Source: Mytilus edulis (lineage: Eukaryota). Taken from it: a DNA stretch of 64,000 bases. Shown piece after piece: positions 38,043 to 48,427 of the stretch. Position 1 is the first letter of the stretch. The number at the start of each line of letters is the position of its first letter. The DNA lies in assembly GCF_963676685.1 (NCBI RefSeq), contig NC_092353.1, positions 20,371,307 to 20,435,306 of the forward strand, written 5' to 3'. Below the pieces are notes generated by a model. The model was not told the origin of the DNA and made no database searches. It worked only from the letters and a program-made list of their open reading frames with translations. The translations under genes and the position numbers were made by a program.

Positions 38043-38875
38043 GTCAGATAGCTGATTTTTTATCATATTTATTTGATAGTGGTTTGCAATACAGAACAAT
38101 TGCAGGGTATCGCTCAATGTTGTCCACGGTATTACCTCCAATAGATAATTTCCAAATTGGACAACATCCTAAAATAATTCGATTGATTAAAGGTGTTTTC
38201 AATACAAGACCTCCAGTTGCAAAACTATTACCTGAATGGGATTTGCACGTAGTATTAAGAATGTTAGAAAATAGTCCTTTTGACAATGTTGAACAAATGA
38301 CTTTAAAAGATTTGACTTTAAAAACTGTATTCTTAACTGCCATTACTACTTTCAGGAGATGTAGCGATCTGCAGGCACTAAGAACGGATGAAGGCTCCAT
38401 GAGAATACAGACTAAAGGAATTACGTTTATAAGACATGGCCTAGCCAAACAGGATAGGGAGAAACATTTTGGAGCAAAAATTTTCGTACCTACATACACT
38501 GAGAATACCTCTTTAGATCCACGGAAAAGTCTGTTACAATATTTAGATAAAACAAAACCGTTGCGTAAAAAATTACAACAGGACCAAAGAGGAAAATTAT
38601 TTTTAGCTTTATGTGAACCTCACAAACCAGTTACCTCTCAGACAATTTCACATTGGATTGTTCAAATTATTAAACAGGCTTATTCTGATTTTGAATATCC
38701 AGGGAAAGGGAAAATACATGCGCATTCTACAAGAGCTATTGGCCCAACTTGGGCATTCTTTAAAGGAGCATCTATCAATTCGATCTTAGAATCTGCAGAT
38801 TGGAGTTCAGAATCTACCTTTAGTAGATTTTATTTGCGTGAATTAGATGTAAATGTGTTACAGAAAATAGACTAA
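37733..38875 (+). CDS. DIRS-like ORF3: tyrosine recombinase (C-terminal about 380 aa of the 940-aa open frame 36053-38875, which overlaps ORF2 in another frame)
   Basis: N-terminal core-binding-like region (LLSASWRKGTQKDYCSKFRRFNSWC). Catalytic-domain motifs: R in TTFRRCSDLQAL, HAHSTRA (H-x-x-R) and the terminal SESTFSRFYLRE (catalytic Tyr). Confidence 0.75.
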   Translation: MATETLVPRAATIIDSSPHQDTSNSGIVMSTENSDLSSQSTSFQADCMASINERFTTEGFSKGVRELLSASWRKGTQKDYCSKFRRFNSWCSTRKIDPYKISLSQIADFLSYLFDSGLQYRTIAGYRSMLSTVLPPIDNFQIGQHPKIIRLIKGVFNTRPPVAKLLPEWDLHVVLRMLENSPFDNVEQMTLKDLTLKTVFLTAITTFRRCSDLQALRTDEGSMRIQTKGITFIRHGLAKQDREKHFGAKIFVPTYTENTSLDPRKSLLQYLDKTKPLRKKLQQDQRGKLFLALCEPHKPVTSQTISHWIVQIIKQAYSDFEYPGKGKIHAHSTRAIGPTWAFFKGASINSILESADWSSESTFSRFYLRELDVNVLQKID

Positions 38876-39146
38876 GTTGATATTTTCGGCGAGTTGCACA
38901 GTATGTTTTTGTTATTCATTAAAATGTTAGTGGTGGAAGCATTTTAAATGGTGGAAGTATTTTATATGTTTTTAAATATGAACATGAACTACATTTCAAC
39001 TTATGATGAAGTTTGAAATGACAAAGAATCACAGAGAAGTTTTGCTGTTATTAGATGTGTACATGTGTTGTAGAAAGTCTCTTCAGGTGAGATAATTTAT
39101 TTATAACACTCCTCCTAAGGTTCAGACTGCTTTGAAATCAGTAGTA

Positions 39147-39254
39147 ATCCTTATGTATATTCCTTGACTGGTAAGTAAAAATATATATGATATAAAATTG
39201 AGAATTTGTTATCAAGTTCTAATTTTATGAATTATTTTTACTTACCAGTCAAGG
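39147..39254 (+). repeat. DIRS-like internal complementary region (ICR)
   Basis: ATCCTTATGTATATTCCTTGACTGGTAAGTAAAAATATATATGATATAAAAT is the reverse complement of the left terminus 34053-34105. TGAGAATTTGTTATCAAGTTCTAATTTTATGAATTATTTTTACTTACCAGTCAAGG is the reverse complement of the right terminus 39428-39483. The two halves abut with AAATT microhomology. Confidence 0.85.
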
Positions 39255-39291
39255 CTCCCACCACCTCCCCAGTTATAAATAATTTTCGGTA

Positions 39292-39485
39292 AAAGGGAAT
39301 ATTTTGTTCCCGCCGATAAACTGAGGAGGCATTCACCCGGATGATCAATGTTAGATAGATGTTTGAAATCATCCAGGTGTTGCGAGTTATGAGAACGTTG
39401 TAAGGGAGATAATCCTTATGTATATTCCTTGACTGGTAAGTAAAAATAATTCATAAAATTAGAACTTGATAACAAATTCTCAATT
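39292..39485 (-). repeat. DIRS-like element, right ITR (inner about 150 bp identical to the left ITR, plus an about 38-bp unique outer extension)
   Basis: See the left ITR. One 4-bp indel relative to the left copy (TTTCGGCGGCAAC vs CGGCGGGAAC). Confidence 0.85.
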
Positions 39486-39742
39486 TGGAGTCAATAATGG
39501 GTTTGCTAGGCATATAGTTTATGTCAGTGCGTTCAGCCAAAGGATGAATATTCTAATGGTGATAAATTCTATGTGACTGCTTTGTAAGTGTTTTTAAAGG
39601 ATAAAATTTAATATATTTCTATAGGCAGGTTTTGATTATGTTCAAAGATTCAAGGATCCACTTAACCCATTAAAAGTTGCATGAGAAGTCAGAAAAGAGT
39701 TAAATAGTATTTCTGGTAATTGAAATGGATCAAACATATTAC

Positions 39743-39910
39743 CTGACATATATCTTGTTTCTTTGATAGCCATGCTCTCCTTTGTGATTTGACTGGTTGA
39801 GTTTTGTTTTTGTGTGGTAATGTTTCATTGAATTCTTTAAACAACTGTTCTACTTTTAAGTCATCCTTGCAATCCTTTATCTTCAACAGAATAGCTTCTG
39901 CTTTCTCTAT
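39743..39910 (-). CDS. PARP4: PARP4-like exon 7: PARP regulatory helical domain (IEKAEAILLKIKDCKDDLKVEQLFKEFNETLPHKNKTQPVKSQRRAWLSKKQDICQ)
   Basis: Acceptor TATTATAG, donor GTAATA, phase 0/0. F-x-x-LPH motif of the PARP regulatory domain (PARP1 FYTLIPHDFG). Joins exon 8 to give …KQDICQ|MIKDMVAV…, comparable to PARP1 …SVQAKVEMLDNLLDIEVA…. Confidence 0.7.
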
Positions 39911-40355
39911 CTATAATATTTGGCAAAAGAAAAATAGTGTATTACATAGTTTTATCAGATCAACATATGCATAATTGCAACGATGTCACAAGCAGGGTTT
40001 GAACTAAAATCACATTCTCATTTTCTGATAAACACAAATATTATTTTTTGTCTGGAGCGTTGCCATTTTTTTCAACCAAATTAAATTGCAAAAAAATATT
40101 ATGCATCTTCACTTCAGGAAAAAAACAAGGACAACTGAAGACAAAATTATAAATAAATATAAACAAATACATTTATAAACTTCTAAATAACTGTGTTTTT
40201 CAACATATGGTTTTTAAATTCAAGCATTAATGCATTTAAAACATTTTGTTATTGTTTGAAATATATAGCCAAAATCGTTGGTGATCAATACTTATTGCAT
40301 AACACTGTATAAATCATTCCAGTTTGTAATCTAGATTATAAATAAGTTTGCATAC

Positions 40356-40493
40356 CTGTTCTAACTTGATGCTCTGTAAAGGTACGCTTATCACCTGCTC
40401 TATTTCACCTGTAGCCTCTTTCCAAATATGTTCAATCAACTCTTCGGTTGATGGTGACAAGGGACGACTGTCCATTCCATATATGTCTACCAT
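40356..40493 (-). CDS. PARP4: PARP4-like exon 6: start of the regulatory domain (MVDIYGMDSRPLSPSTEELIEHIWKEATGEIEQVISVPLQSIKLEQ)
   Basis: Acceptor TTTTTCAG, donor GTATGC, phase 0/0. Comparable to PARP1 …IDYGQD…PVQDLIKMIFDVESMKKA…LGKLSKRQI. Confidence 0.7.
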
Positions 40494-41274
40494 CTGAAAA
40501 ACAAATTTTACCTCACTTAAATTTGCTTTTAAGAATAAGCAAACTAAACAATAAACTCACCCAATTATGATCCAGTTTCAATTTCTGACATGTCAATTGA
40601 ACAGTTTTACCTTTCCCAGAATGCATGTATACAGAAAAAAAATGTACCTCAATGGTCATTCTATTTGTTTTCTGATAGAAAATGTTTAATCTGGTTCTCA
40701 AAATTAAGGCTCATACTAGCTAGCGTACTTGACATGTTAAATCTTTAAGGTTAAAGTTAACCATAGGCTGTTACTTCTCATGATTTTATATACAGATTCT
40801 TTGAAACCAGTAAATTATCGGATTTATCCAATCCAGATAGTTAAAAGGTAAAATCACAAAAATACTGAACTTAGAGGAAAATCAATTTGGAAAGTCCATA
40901 ATCACATGGCAAAATCAAATAACAAAACGCATCAAAAACGAATGGACAAGAACTGTCAATTTTAAAGTCTGAGCCTCGATAAATTGGATAATCCAAGAGG
41001 TAACTATGTAAGAATTTTTTGCTAAACTAAAATCCCCTTCAAGTGCCTGCAACATTCTAAGATGTTGTCAATTTCATTAACATCTGTTAGAATATTTTGA
41101 TTCATTCAGTAGGCTGATAAAGATTATGACCCTTTAATTCATACAAACATCTTCTGAGATCACCGGCAACCACACGTTGATTAAATGTTTTTGTACAATG
41201 GGTTTTGGAAAGGTACAAATTTCCATAGAATTAGAGATATATTTATATGGAAACAATGAGGGTTGAGCACCAGC

Positions 41275-41480
41275 AAACTATAGCTTGACCCCATCACATT
41301 CTGTAAGTGCTTGTCCCAAGTCAGGAGTATTTCATTCAGTGGTGGTTGTTTGTTGCTGTCATTTCAAGGACTCATATGGCTGACTTTGTGATATGGGTCA
41401 TTTGCTCATTCAAGAAGGTTGTACAGTGACTTATAGTTCTATGTCATTTTCTCTCATTAGCAATCATACCAAATCTTCAA
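41275..41480 (-). mobile_element. Copy of the interspersed repeat family inside a PARP4 intron
   Basis: GTCCCAAGTCAGGAGTATTTCATTCAGTGGTGGTTGTTTGTTG is the reverse complement of the family tail. Head TCTCATTAGCAATCATACC. Confidence 0.55.
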
Positions 41481-41514
41481 TTTTTATATTTTATCAACTT
41501 TTTATACAACCTAC

Positions 41515-41667
41515 CTTTTGAAAGTTTGTAGAACCAATTTTTCTTGACAAGGGTTGGTATATAACATCCATGTTGTATGGAGGTCGAGTTTGTTCAGTAT
41601 GTAAATAGGTATACACATGTAGGGCATCATCTGATGTGGCAACATACCGACATTCTGTAACACCTCT
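41515..41667 (-). CDS. PARP4: PARP4-like exon 5 (RGVTECRYVATSDDALHVYTYLHTEQTRPPYNMDVIYQPLSRKIGSTNFQK); C-terminal part of a WGR-like region
   Basis: Acceptor TTTTTCAG, donor GTAGGT, phase 0/0. The …STNFQK end is comparable to PARP1 …WHSKNFTK just before the regulatory domain. Confidence 0.6.
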
Positions 41668-42201
41668 CTGAAAAATAATATCAAATCATTATTACAGACT
41701 GCTGTTTATATGGTTTTCTTCCACACTACACACTGGTGTTCATTTTATAATTAACTGTAAATGTTCAGATATTAGATCTCAATAATAAATACAGGTTAAC
41801 AAAATATGTCATCAATGTTTGTATCAATCAGAGACATAAGAACAATGGCAATTTTATGAACAAAAATATTGCACAGCACAACTTATTAACCAATCAATTA
41901 TATTAATATGACAGATATTGTGGATACATTTATTTTCATGGGTATCAATGTTCGTGGCTTAAGGAAAACTTATATGTTCATCGATATTTAATTTCATGGT
42001 TTTTGCCAAATTGTGAACACATTTAGCCAATAGAAAATTTGTTATTGGTCAAACTTTTACTTTCATGGTTTACCTGTACCCCATAATCCACAAAAAATGG
42101 TATCCAACGAATAATAATGAATCCACAGTAGTTGTTCTTTAACTTATGAATCTTCTAAATATTTGGAAATCAAGAAATTACAATCTGATAATCTTATCTA
42201 C

Positions 42202-42336
42202 CTCAATATCAGTCAGTGAACCAAAATGTGAATAGACCCTGAATCTATAACAGTCTGATCTGTTCAAATCCACCGGCTCAGCTACATGTATCTCCAAATT
42301 ATAAAACAGCGTGGTCTCTTTTAACTTGTCATATTT
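42202..42336 (-). CDS. PARP4: PARP4-like exon 4: WGR-like segment (KYDKLKETTLFYNLEIHVAEPVDLNRSDCYRFRVYSHFGSLTDIE)
   Basis: Acceptor ATTTCAG, donor GTAGAT, phase 0/0. Comparable to PARP1 [26 protein letters not shown], with the WGR triplet replaced by HFG. Confidence 0.6.
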
Positions 42337-43173
42337 CTGAAATATATATAACTACAATAACAGTAACATGTTAGCTATCATTTAAAAAAGTTTTACTGAT
42401 AAGAAATACTGTAAACCAACTTATTTTTGAGAGCGATTTATTTTTGCGCTTTCACAAATAAAAAATAACGCTGATATAAATAGTGGTAAATATGTAAAAC
42501 TTTTATCTCTCCTTATTTAAATACGTAAATCAAATTTGAAATCGTGAAACTAAATCACCATGAAAAGGGCTAGTAAGGGCTAAAACACAAAATAAAGTAT
42601 CTGCGAAAATAAGTTGGTTTACATTATTGTATGTTTAGTAACAAACTTACACAGTGCATGTATAGCAGCATGAATAACTGGTATTTTTAAATAAAATAGA
42701 CTTCTCTAAAAATTGGTTCGGTGCAAAATCTTTTGAAACAGACACAAATGAACAATTAAAAAAATTTAAAATGTATTAACCAAAAAAAAATGATATATAG
42801 TTTATAATAATTGGTTTTTAACTATTTATTTTCCTCACTACAAGGGTATATATATACTTTTTATTTGTGCATGATGTCACATTTTCCTTAAGTATTTCAT
42901 ATAGATGGGAATCAATTTTTTAACACACTCAATGTGAAATTAACTTCAGGTAATCACTAATAAATGTAGACAACAGAAAACACATTTTTTTCCACTGCAA
43001 ATTACTAACTTAAGAACTCTGTAATTAAAATACTATCTGACTGCAGGCTCAGCACAGACAAAGAGATAAGAACCAAATTATCATTTAAAATCGCTTTCAT
43101 CTAAAAAAAAAAAAAATCTAATACAAAATTGTTAATTTCTATAATTCTAAAAAATAAGAGCATTATTCCTTAC

Positions 43174-43316
43174 CTGAAATATGGCATACTTAGCCACCTC
43201 ATAGTCTTTTTCATTGTACTCTGGGGCATTTTTATCTTCTATCTTCCAAACTTTAACATTTTTAGGGTCAATTTTAAATTTCTTCTTCTTGGGTTCTTTG
43301 CTCTGATATTTTGAGG
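43174..43316 (-). CDS. PARP4: PARP4-like exon 3: basic linker with an NLS-like stretch (SKYQSKEPKKKKFKIDPKNVKVWKIEDKNAPEYNEKDYEVAKYAIFQ)
   Basis: Acceptor TTGCAG, donor GTAAGG. Its phase joins exon 2 (phase 1) and exon 4 (phase 0). Confidence 0.6.
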
Positions 43317-43820
43317 CTGCAAATCAAAACAAATCATTCCTCTTTTATATATTCATCATGTCTAAATATTTTAATATTTAACAATTCATTACATTTCTGC
43401 TAATTTTTACCTCATCTGTAAGCCAGGTAAATGTTGTGTTGTAAAGACAAATACATATTGATATAAATGGAGAATGTGTCCATTATGAGGACCCAGATAA
43501 TGCCCTTGCTTGTGTAACAATACACTTACGCTTCTACAATAAATGGACATAACATAATTTTAAAAGCGTAATGTAAAATATTTTTCACTAAAGTACGTTC
43601 AGACCTACTGAACAATTTTTGAAGTCTGAAAAAACTAATGTCATACATATTGTATTCAGAGATTTGTACTTTGGAAATCTTTAGAATATTGAAAAATTAT
43701 TTCTAATTTTGATTTCAAGTTTTAAAACTTCAATCAAACAGTAGGCCAAACATGAGATATTGGTAGATACCCCTTTTCCATTTATGAAATAAGTTTGTTT
43801 ATTTTTCCTTTTCCTTTTAC

Positions 43821-44019
43821 CTGTTATCTTTCCTGAGCTGAATTCTTGTGACTTTGTTTTTCCTACAAGGATGTAATTATCTGTATTGAGTAGTCTCCCC
43901 TGGTCTACACAGTCATGGATATAATCAAGTGACACTACTGGTAATCCATACTTTGAGGCCATCTTACATTTGTAACTGATATCTGCCTTTTCTGGGTCAT
44001 TACATACAACATGTGTACT
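43821..44019 (-). CDS. PARP4: PARP4-like exon 2: BRCT domain, C-terminal half (STHVVCNDPEKADISYKCKMASKYGLPVVSLDYIHDCVDQGRLLNTDNYILVGKTKSQEFSSGKIT)
   Basis: Acceptor TTTACAG, donor GTAAAA. BRCT signature THVV...A...G.PVVS..(W/Y)I..C...G.LL....Y. Confidence 0.8.
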
Positions 44020-44544
44020 CTGTAAATAAACCAGAAACATATAATAAACAAGACAACAAATATGATAATGATCGATCTTTAGGGAAGACATGTAGACATT
44101 AGGGAGGTTTTGAAATTTGTGTCAAATGTTAATAGCTCATAAAAAGGTCATTACATACAACATGTGTACTCTGTAAATATATTCGTTAATAGTCAAGTGA
44201 AATTATTAGTTAAATTTGGGGATACATATAGATACATGATATATATAGTCCTGTATACAGTGAATTCAAAAATTCTTGTGAGGTTCACATTCATCTGAAT
44301 AATGTGACTGGGAGTGGGTTTGTATCACATTAATTGAAACTTTCATTCTGATATCAAGTTAACAACTCTGTATGAATATTTTCCTGGAATCACAATAATT
44401 AAACTTGCCTTTAAGTCCATTCTTAACCAGATGCTCTGCAGGGTGCAGCTTTATACGGCCGCAGAGTTCGAACCCTGAACAGTTGACACAGAATAAATGT
44501 GGTCTAAGAACTTAAACTTAAAAACTTATAAATTTTTTAAATTG

Positions 44545-45200
44545 GACATTTACCTATTATGGTCCAATATCCAAAATCTAAATACATGGTTAGATTCAGC
44601 ATATCAAAGAACCCCAAGAATTCAATTTTTGATGAAATCAAATATAGTTCAATTTTGGACCCTTTAGACCTCAATGTGGACCAATTTGATAACCGGGCCC
44701 AAATATCATAATTCTAAATGCATGGTTAGATTCAGCATATATCAAAGAACCCCATATATTCAATTTTTGTTGAAATCAAACAAAGTTTAATTTTGGACCC
44801 CGATTTGAACCAACTTGAAAACTGGGCCTATAATCAAAAATCTAAATACATGTTTAGATTCAGCATATCAAAGAACCCCAAAGTTTCAATTTTTGTTGAT
44901 ATCAAACAAAGTTTAATTTTGGGACCACGATTTGGACCAACTTGAAAACTGGGCCCATAATCAAAAATCTAAGTACATGTTTAAATTCAGCATATCAAAG
45001 AACCCCAAGAATTCAATTTTTGTTAAAATCAAACTAAGTTTAATTTTGGACCCTTGGACCTTATTGTAGACCAATTTGAAAACGGGACCAAAAATTAAGA
45101 ATCTACATACACAGTTAGATTCGGCATATCAAAGAACCCCAATTATTCAATTTTTGATGAAATCAAACTAAGTTTAATTTTGGACCCTTTGGGCCCCTAA
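44545..45200. repeat. Tandem repeat family 1: 5 copies, period about 117-138 bp (unit contains TTAGATTCAGCATATCAAAGAACCCCAAGAATTCAATTTTTGATGAAATCAAA...TTTTGGACCC)
   Basis: The TTAGATTCAGCATATCAAAG motif recurs at 44590, 44726, 44864, 44981 and 45113. Confidence 0.85.
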
Positions 45201-45660
45201 TTTTTAAACTGTGGGGACTAAAACTCCCAAAATCAATCTCAACCTTCCTTTTATGGTGTTTAAATTTCATAGATTTCTATTTACTCATACTAAAGTTATG
45301 GTGCCAAAACCAAGAAAAATGCTTATTTGGGCCCCTTTTTGGCCCCTAATTCCTAAACTGTTGAGACCAAAACTCCCAAATCAATTCCAACCTTCCTTTT
45401 GTGTTCATAAACCTTGTGTTTAAATTTCATAGATTTCTATTTACTTTTACTAAAGTTATTGTGCGAAAACCAAGAAAAATGCTTATTTGGGCCCTTTTTT
45501 GGCCCCTAATTCCTAAACTGTTGGGACCAAAACACCCAAAATCAATCCCAACCTTCCTTTAGTGGTCACAAACCTTGCGTTTAATTTTCATAGATTACTA
45601 TTTACAAAAACTAAAGTTATAGTGCGAAAACCAATGTGCCAACGTCATACCAATATACGA
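45191..45660. repeat. Tandem repeat family 2: 3 copies, period about 150-160 bp (GGCCCCTAATTCCTAAACTGTTGGGACCAAAACTCCCAAAATCAATCCCAACCTTCCTTT...CATAGATTTCTATTTAC...CCAAGAAAAATGCTTATTTGGGCCC)
   Basis: GGCCCCTAAT recurs at 45191, 45341 and 45501. Confidence 0.85.
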
Positions 45661-45793
45661 CCGCAAACATTTTTTGCGGTCGTATAAAAAGTCACAATAA
45701 TAATATAAATGCACACAATAATTTCTTAATTCACAGTTTTAAATCCAAGAAATGAAATTTGGGCAACTAATAAAAATGCTCTTTGAACAGTAG

Positions 45794-45817
45794 GTATATA
45801 TATATATATATATATAG
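45794..45817. repeat. (TA)n microsatellite, about 12 units
   Basis: Direct reading. Confidence 0.9.
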
Positions 45818-46728
45818 TGTCTGGCAAAGATCGTGTTCTTTTCAAGTGAATTCGTCCACTTTTTTTCGGATGCAGATCTTGTGGGGTTTTTTTTTCGTGA
45901 TAAAACAAGTGCTATTTCCTAATTATAACAGTCTTATTTGTGACTGTCCATCTTATTTTGAATACTATACATGTTTAGAGCAAAAAAGTCACAAAATATT
46001 ATTGTACAGTGAAACCTGTTTTTAGAGACCAGTAAAGTTAAGGGAGAACAAAAAAGTGGTCTCTCATGAAGACATGTAGTCTTTTATTACAGGTTCAAAC
46101 TATATGAAATGTACTACAGCTAGAGGGATCTAAATTTATGGTCGTATGATACAGGGTTTTGCTTAATACAGATGGTCTCTTAAGCAGGTTTGACTGTATT
46201 TAACTTAAAATTTTGTGATTTGCATTGTCCATGTTTTTTCGAGAGCAACATTTAAACATCCAGGTTTTGTAACAAATGGTCTGAGTTTGAAACAACATAT
46301 CTGAATTTGAAAAATTATGTCAAAGCGTTGCATGTTAATGAATGGACATTGTTTGGCAGCCTACTCACCGCCATATATCACCAAATCAATAACTGACTTT
46401 TTTTCCTTAAAAAATCTAGTTTAAAATCAACCACCTTCAAAATGATGACTAAGGGAAATAACTCCAGCTCAGTTTATGCCATTTATTGAAACCCTAATAT
46501 CTATATGGTTTCTCATACTTCAATTTTTTTTTTTTTATTTCTTGATAACATTTAAATTCAACTGTCCAGATGAATGAAAACTAATAAAAAAAAGGTAAAA
46601 TTGTTGTTATATTGGTCATTTGAATTCTGTTGGATTATAGTTTTCGCATTGTAATCATACCCCACATCTTCTTAGTATAAAATTCTAAAATCTGGAAATT
46701 GGTAAATGGCGAGTTCTATGATGTTTAC

Positions 46729-46857
46729 CTTTTTAGTGACAATATATGATATAACTCCTCCATTATTAGTTATCTTTTTCCTGATTTCTGTCTTTTTCTT
46801 AAAGTTGACACTGGTTGTCAAATCAAGGACAATTTGACAATCACTAAATATCGACAT
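46729..46857 (-). CDS. PARP4: PARP4-like exon 1 (coding): initiator Met and BRCT domain, N-terminal half (MSIFSDCQIVLDLTTSVNFKKKTEIRKKITNNGGVISYIVTKK)
   Basis: ATG at 46855-46857 (minus strand), donor GTAAAC. Comparable to the human PARP4 N-terminus …GIFANCIF…KKKLQTDIKENGGKFSFSLNPQCTHII. Confidence 0.75.
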
Positions 46858-48427
46858 CTTTTATCTGAAAAAAAAATCATGGATCAAACACAGATTATAA
46901 ACCATTCATGATAGAGATACTAAATAAATAGACTCATAGAAGTATGCTGGTCTTGGAATTTCACACAGGATGATAATCATTGTTAAAGGCCAAGCAATGA
47001 TCTACAGGCCTGCATAAATACATGTCACTTGGTCATTGGTGGATATGTGACTCATTGGCAATCATACCACTTCATCTTTTAATTGAGAAAATAAAGAGAC
47101 GTTTAAGAGTATGTGTCTATGTGAACAGGCTTGAAAAGAAGATGGATAATATGAAAAGATATACCTGTTACAGCTACAATTGTTCCAAATTCTCATCTGA
47201 AAAACACTCTAGCTATTGTGATTCTACTTTAATTGATTGACTGCAAATAAAAAAAAATGTATATTTAGTTATGGTATAAATTTTAATTTGGTAGTTTGGC
47301 TTATACATGTACAAAGAATCATTTAAAAATACCAATTAAGGTATTACAGTTATGAACAAATTAATTATAAAGACTTTGTAACTTATTATTCTACTGAATA
47401 AAGTTATATATAGGAAAGGCATCAATTGCTTTCACAATATATATGATCTTACATCCAACAACACATTACTTTTTTTACATGTTCTTTTTCTCAAACCCTT
47501 TTCTCCTGATACAACTTCAGTCAGATTATCCGATTTTTTCTTAAAGTCATAAGAAACGAGTGACAGGTGAAAAATAAGGTTCTTCCAATTCTTGAACCAA
47601 TGCATACAAACATCATAAACTTAGTCTTCTGTGCACAAATTTATCATTTTGTTCGTGTAATTTTCGTATAATCGTCAATTTTTTTTCTCAATTAGTCAGT
47701 GTTGTTGTGAAAATATGGCAGGTAATTAAAGTTCGTGTTTTGAAGACAAAGTTTAACGATTGTCACCTGTTTGTAAACAATCAACAAAATATCAACAAAA
47801 AAGCATGGAATTGAGCACATGTTTAACATGTAAATTCAGATAATAGTTTATTTTAAGGACATCCATGCGTATTGCGATCACCAGATTTTTACGAGATGGG
47901 TCACACTGAGGTCACTTTGCATACGGAAAATATGTCAGGGAAATGCTTCCTGGAAGGAAGCAATTAAAATAAAGTAAACTTCTTCTTAATATGAATAAAT
48001 TAAAGAATTTTCTTCAGAAAAAAGTATATGAACATAAGTTTTATAATGAAAACTATCCATTGAGTTATAATAAAACATATGCATTATTTGTTTCTTATGA
48101 CTTTAAAACCTTTCTATTCCTGTGCATTGTTTGTTTATAATTCCTCTTTAAGGAGCATAGCAAGTACTAATCAAGTTAGAAAGTATGAGTGGAGGTGTAA
48201 AGGGTGGGTATGTTGGTATTTGAGGTGGGGGTGGCAAGATTAATAAATGTCTTCCTTGAAAGGTATTTGAAATTAGACATTAGAAATCACAACTTCATAA
48301 TTTCCAAGGAAATTTTTTCAATTGAAATTTTCCCTGGCATTTTTTCAATTGAAATTTTCTGACAGATATCCGGTCCCATCACTAGTGGACTCTATATAAC
48401 TTCAATTAATATAGTGAAGTTTCCTTA

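Larger units (their letters stand above)
34053..39485 (+). mobile_element. Full-length DIRS1-like (tyrosine-recombinase) retrotransposon with inverted terminal repeats and an internal complementary region. Inserted in the intron between PARP4-like exons 7 and 8, in antisense to the gene.
   Basis: Three ORFs in DIRS order (gag-like; RT with YLDD and RNase H TDAS; YR with HxxR...Y). 34068-34218 is the reverse complement of 39296-39447. The ICR at 39147-39254 equals RC(left terminus) + RC(right terminus). See the sub-features. Confidence 0.85.
44440..45700. mobile_element. Composite block of two tandem-repeat families, ending in a short palindromic hairpin; possibly a Helitron/Helentron-type non-autonomous element that carries a satellite (hypothesis)
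   Basis: TATACGGCCGCAGAG near the left end (44450). The related ATACGACCGCAAACATTTTTTGCGGTCGTAT hairpin (11-bp stems) sits at 45653-45693. The interior is made only of two tandem repeat families. Lies in the intron between PARP4-like exons 1 and 2. Confidence 0.3.

Noticed and set aside
44450-44475. AGTTCGAACCC resembling a tRNA B-box
   Set aside because: No A-box, acceptor stem or cloverleaf can be built around it. It is probably part of the repeat-block terminus.
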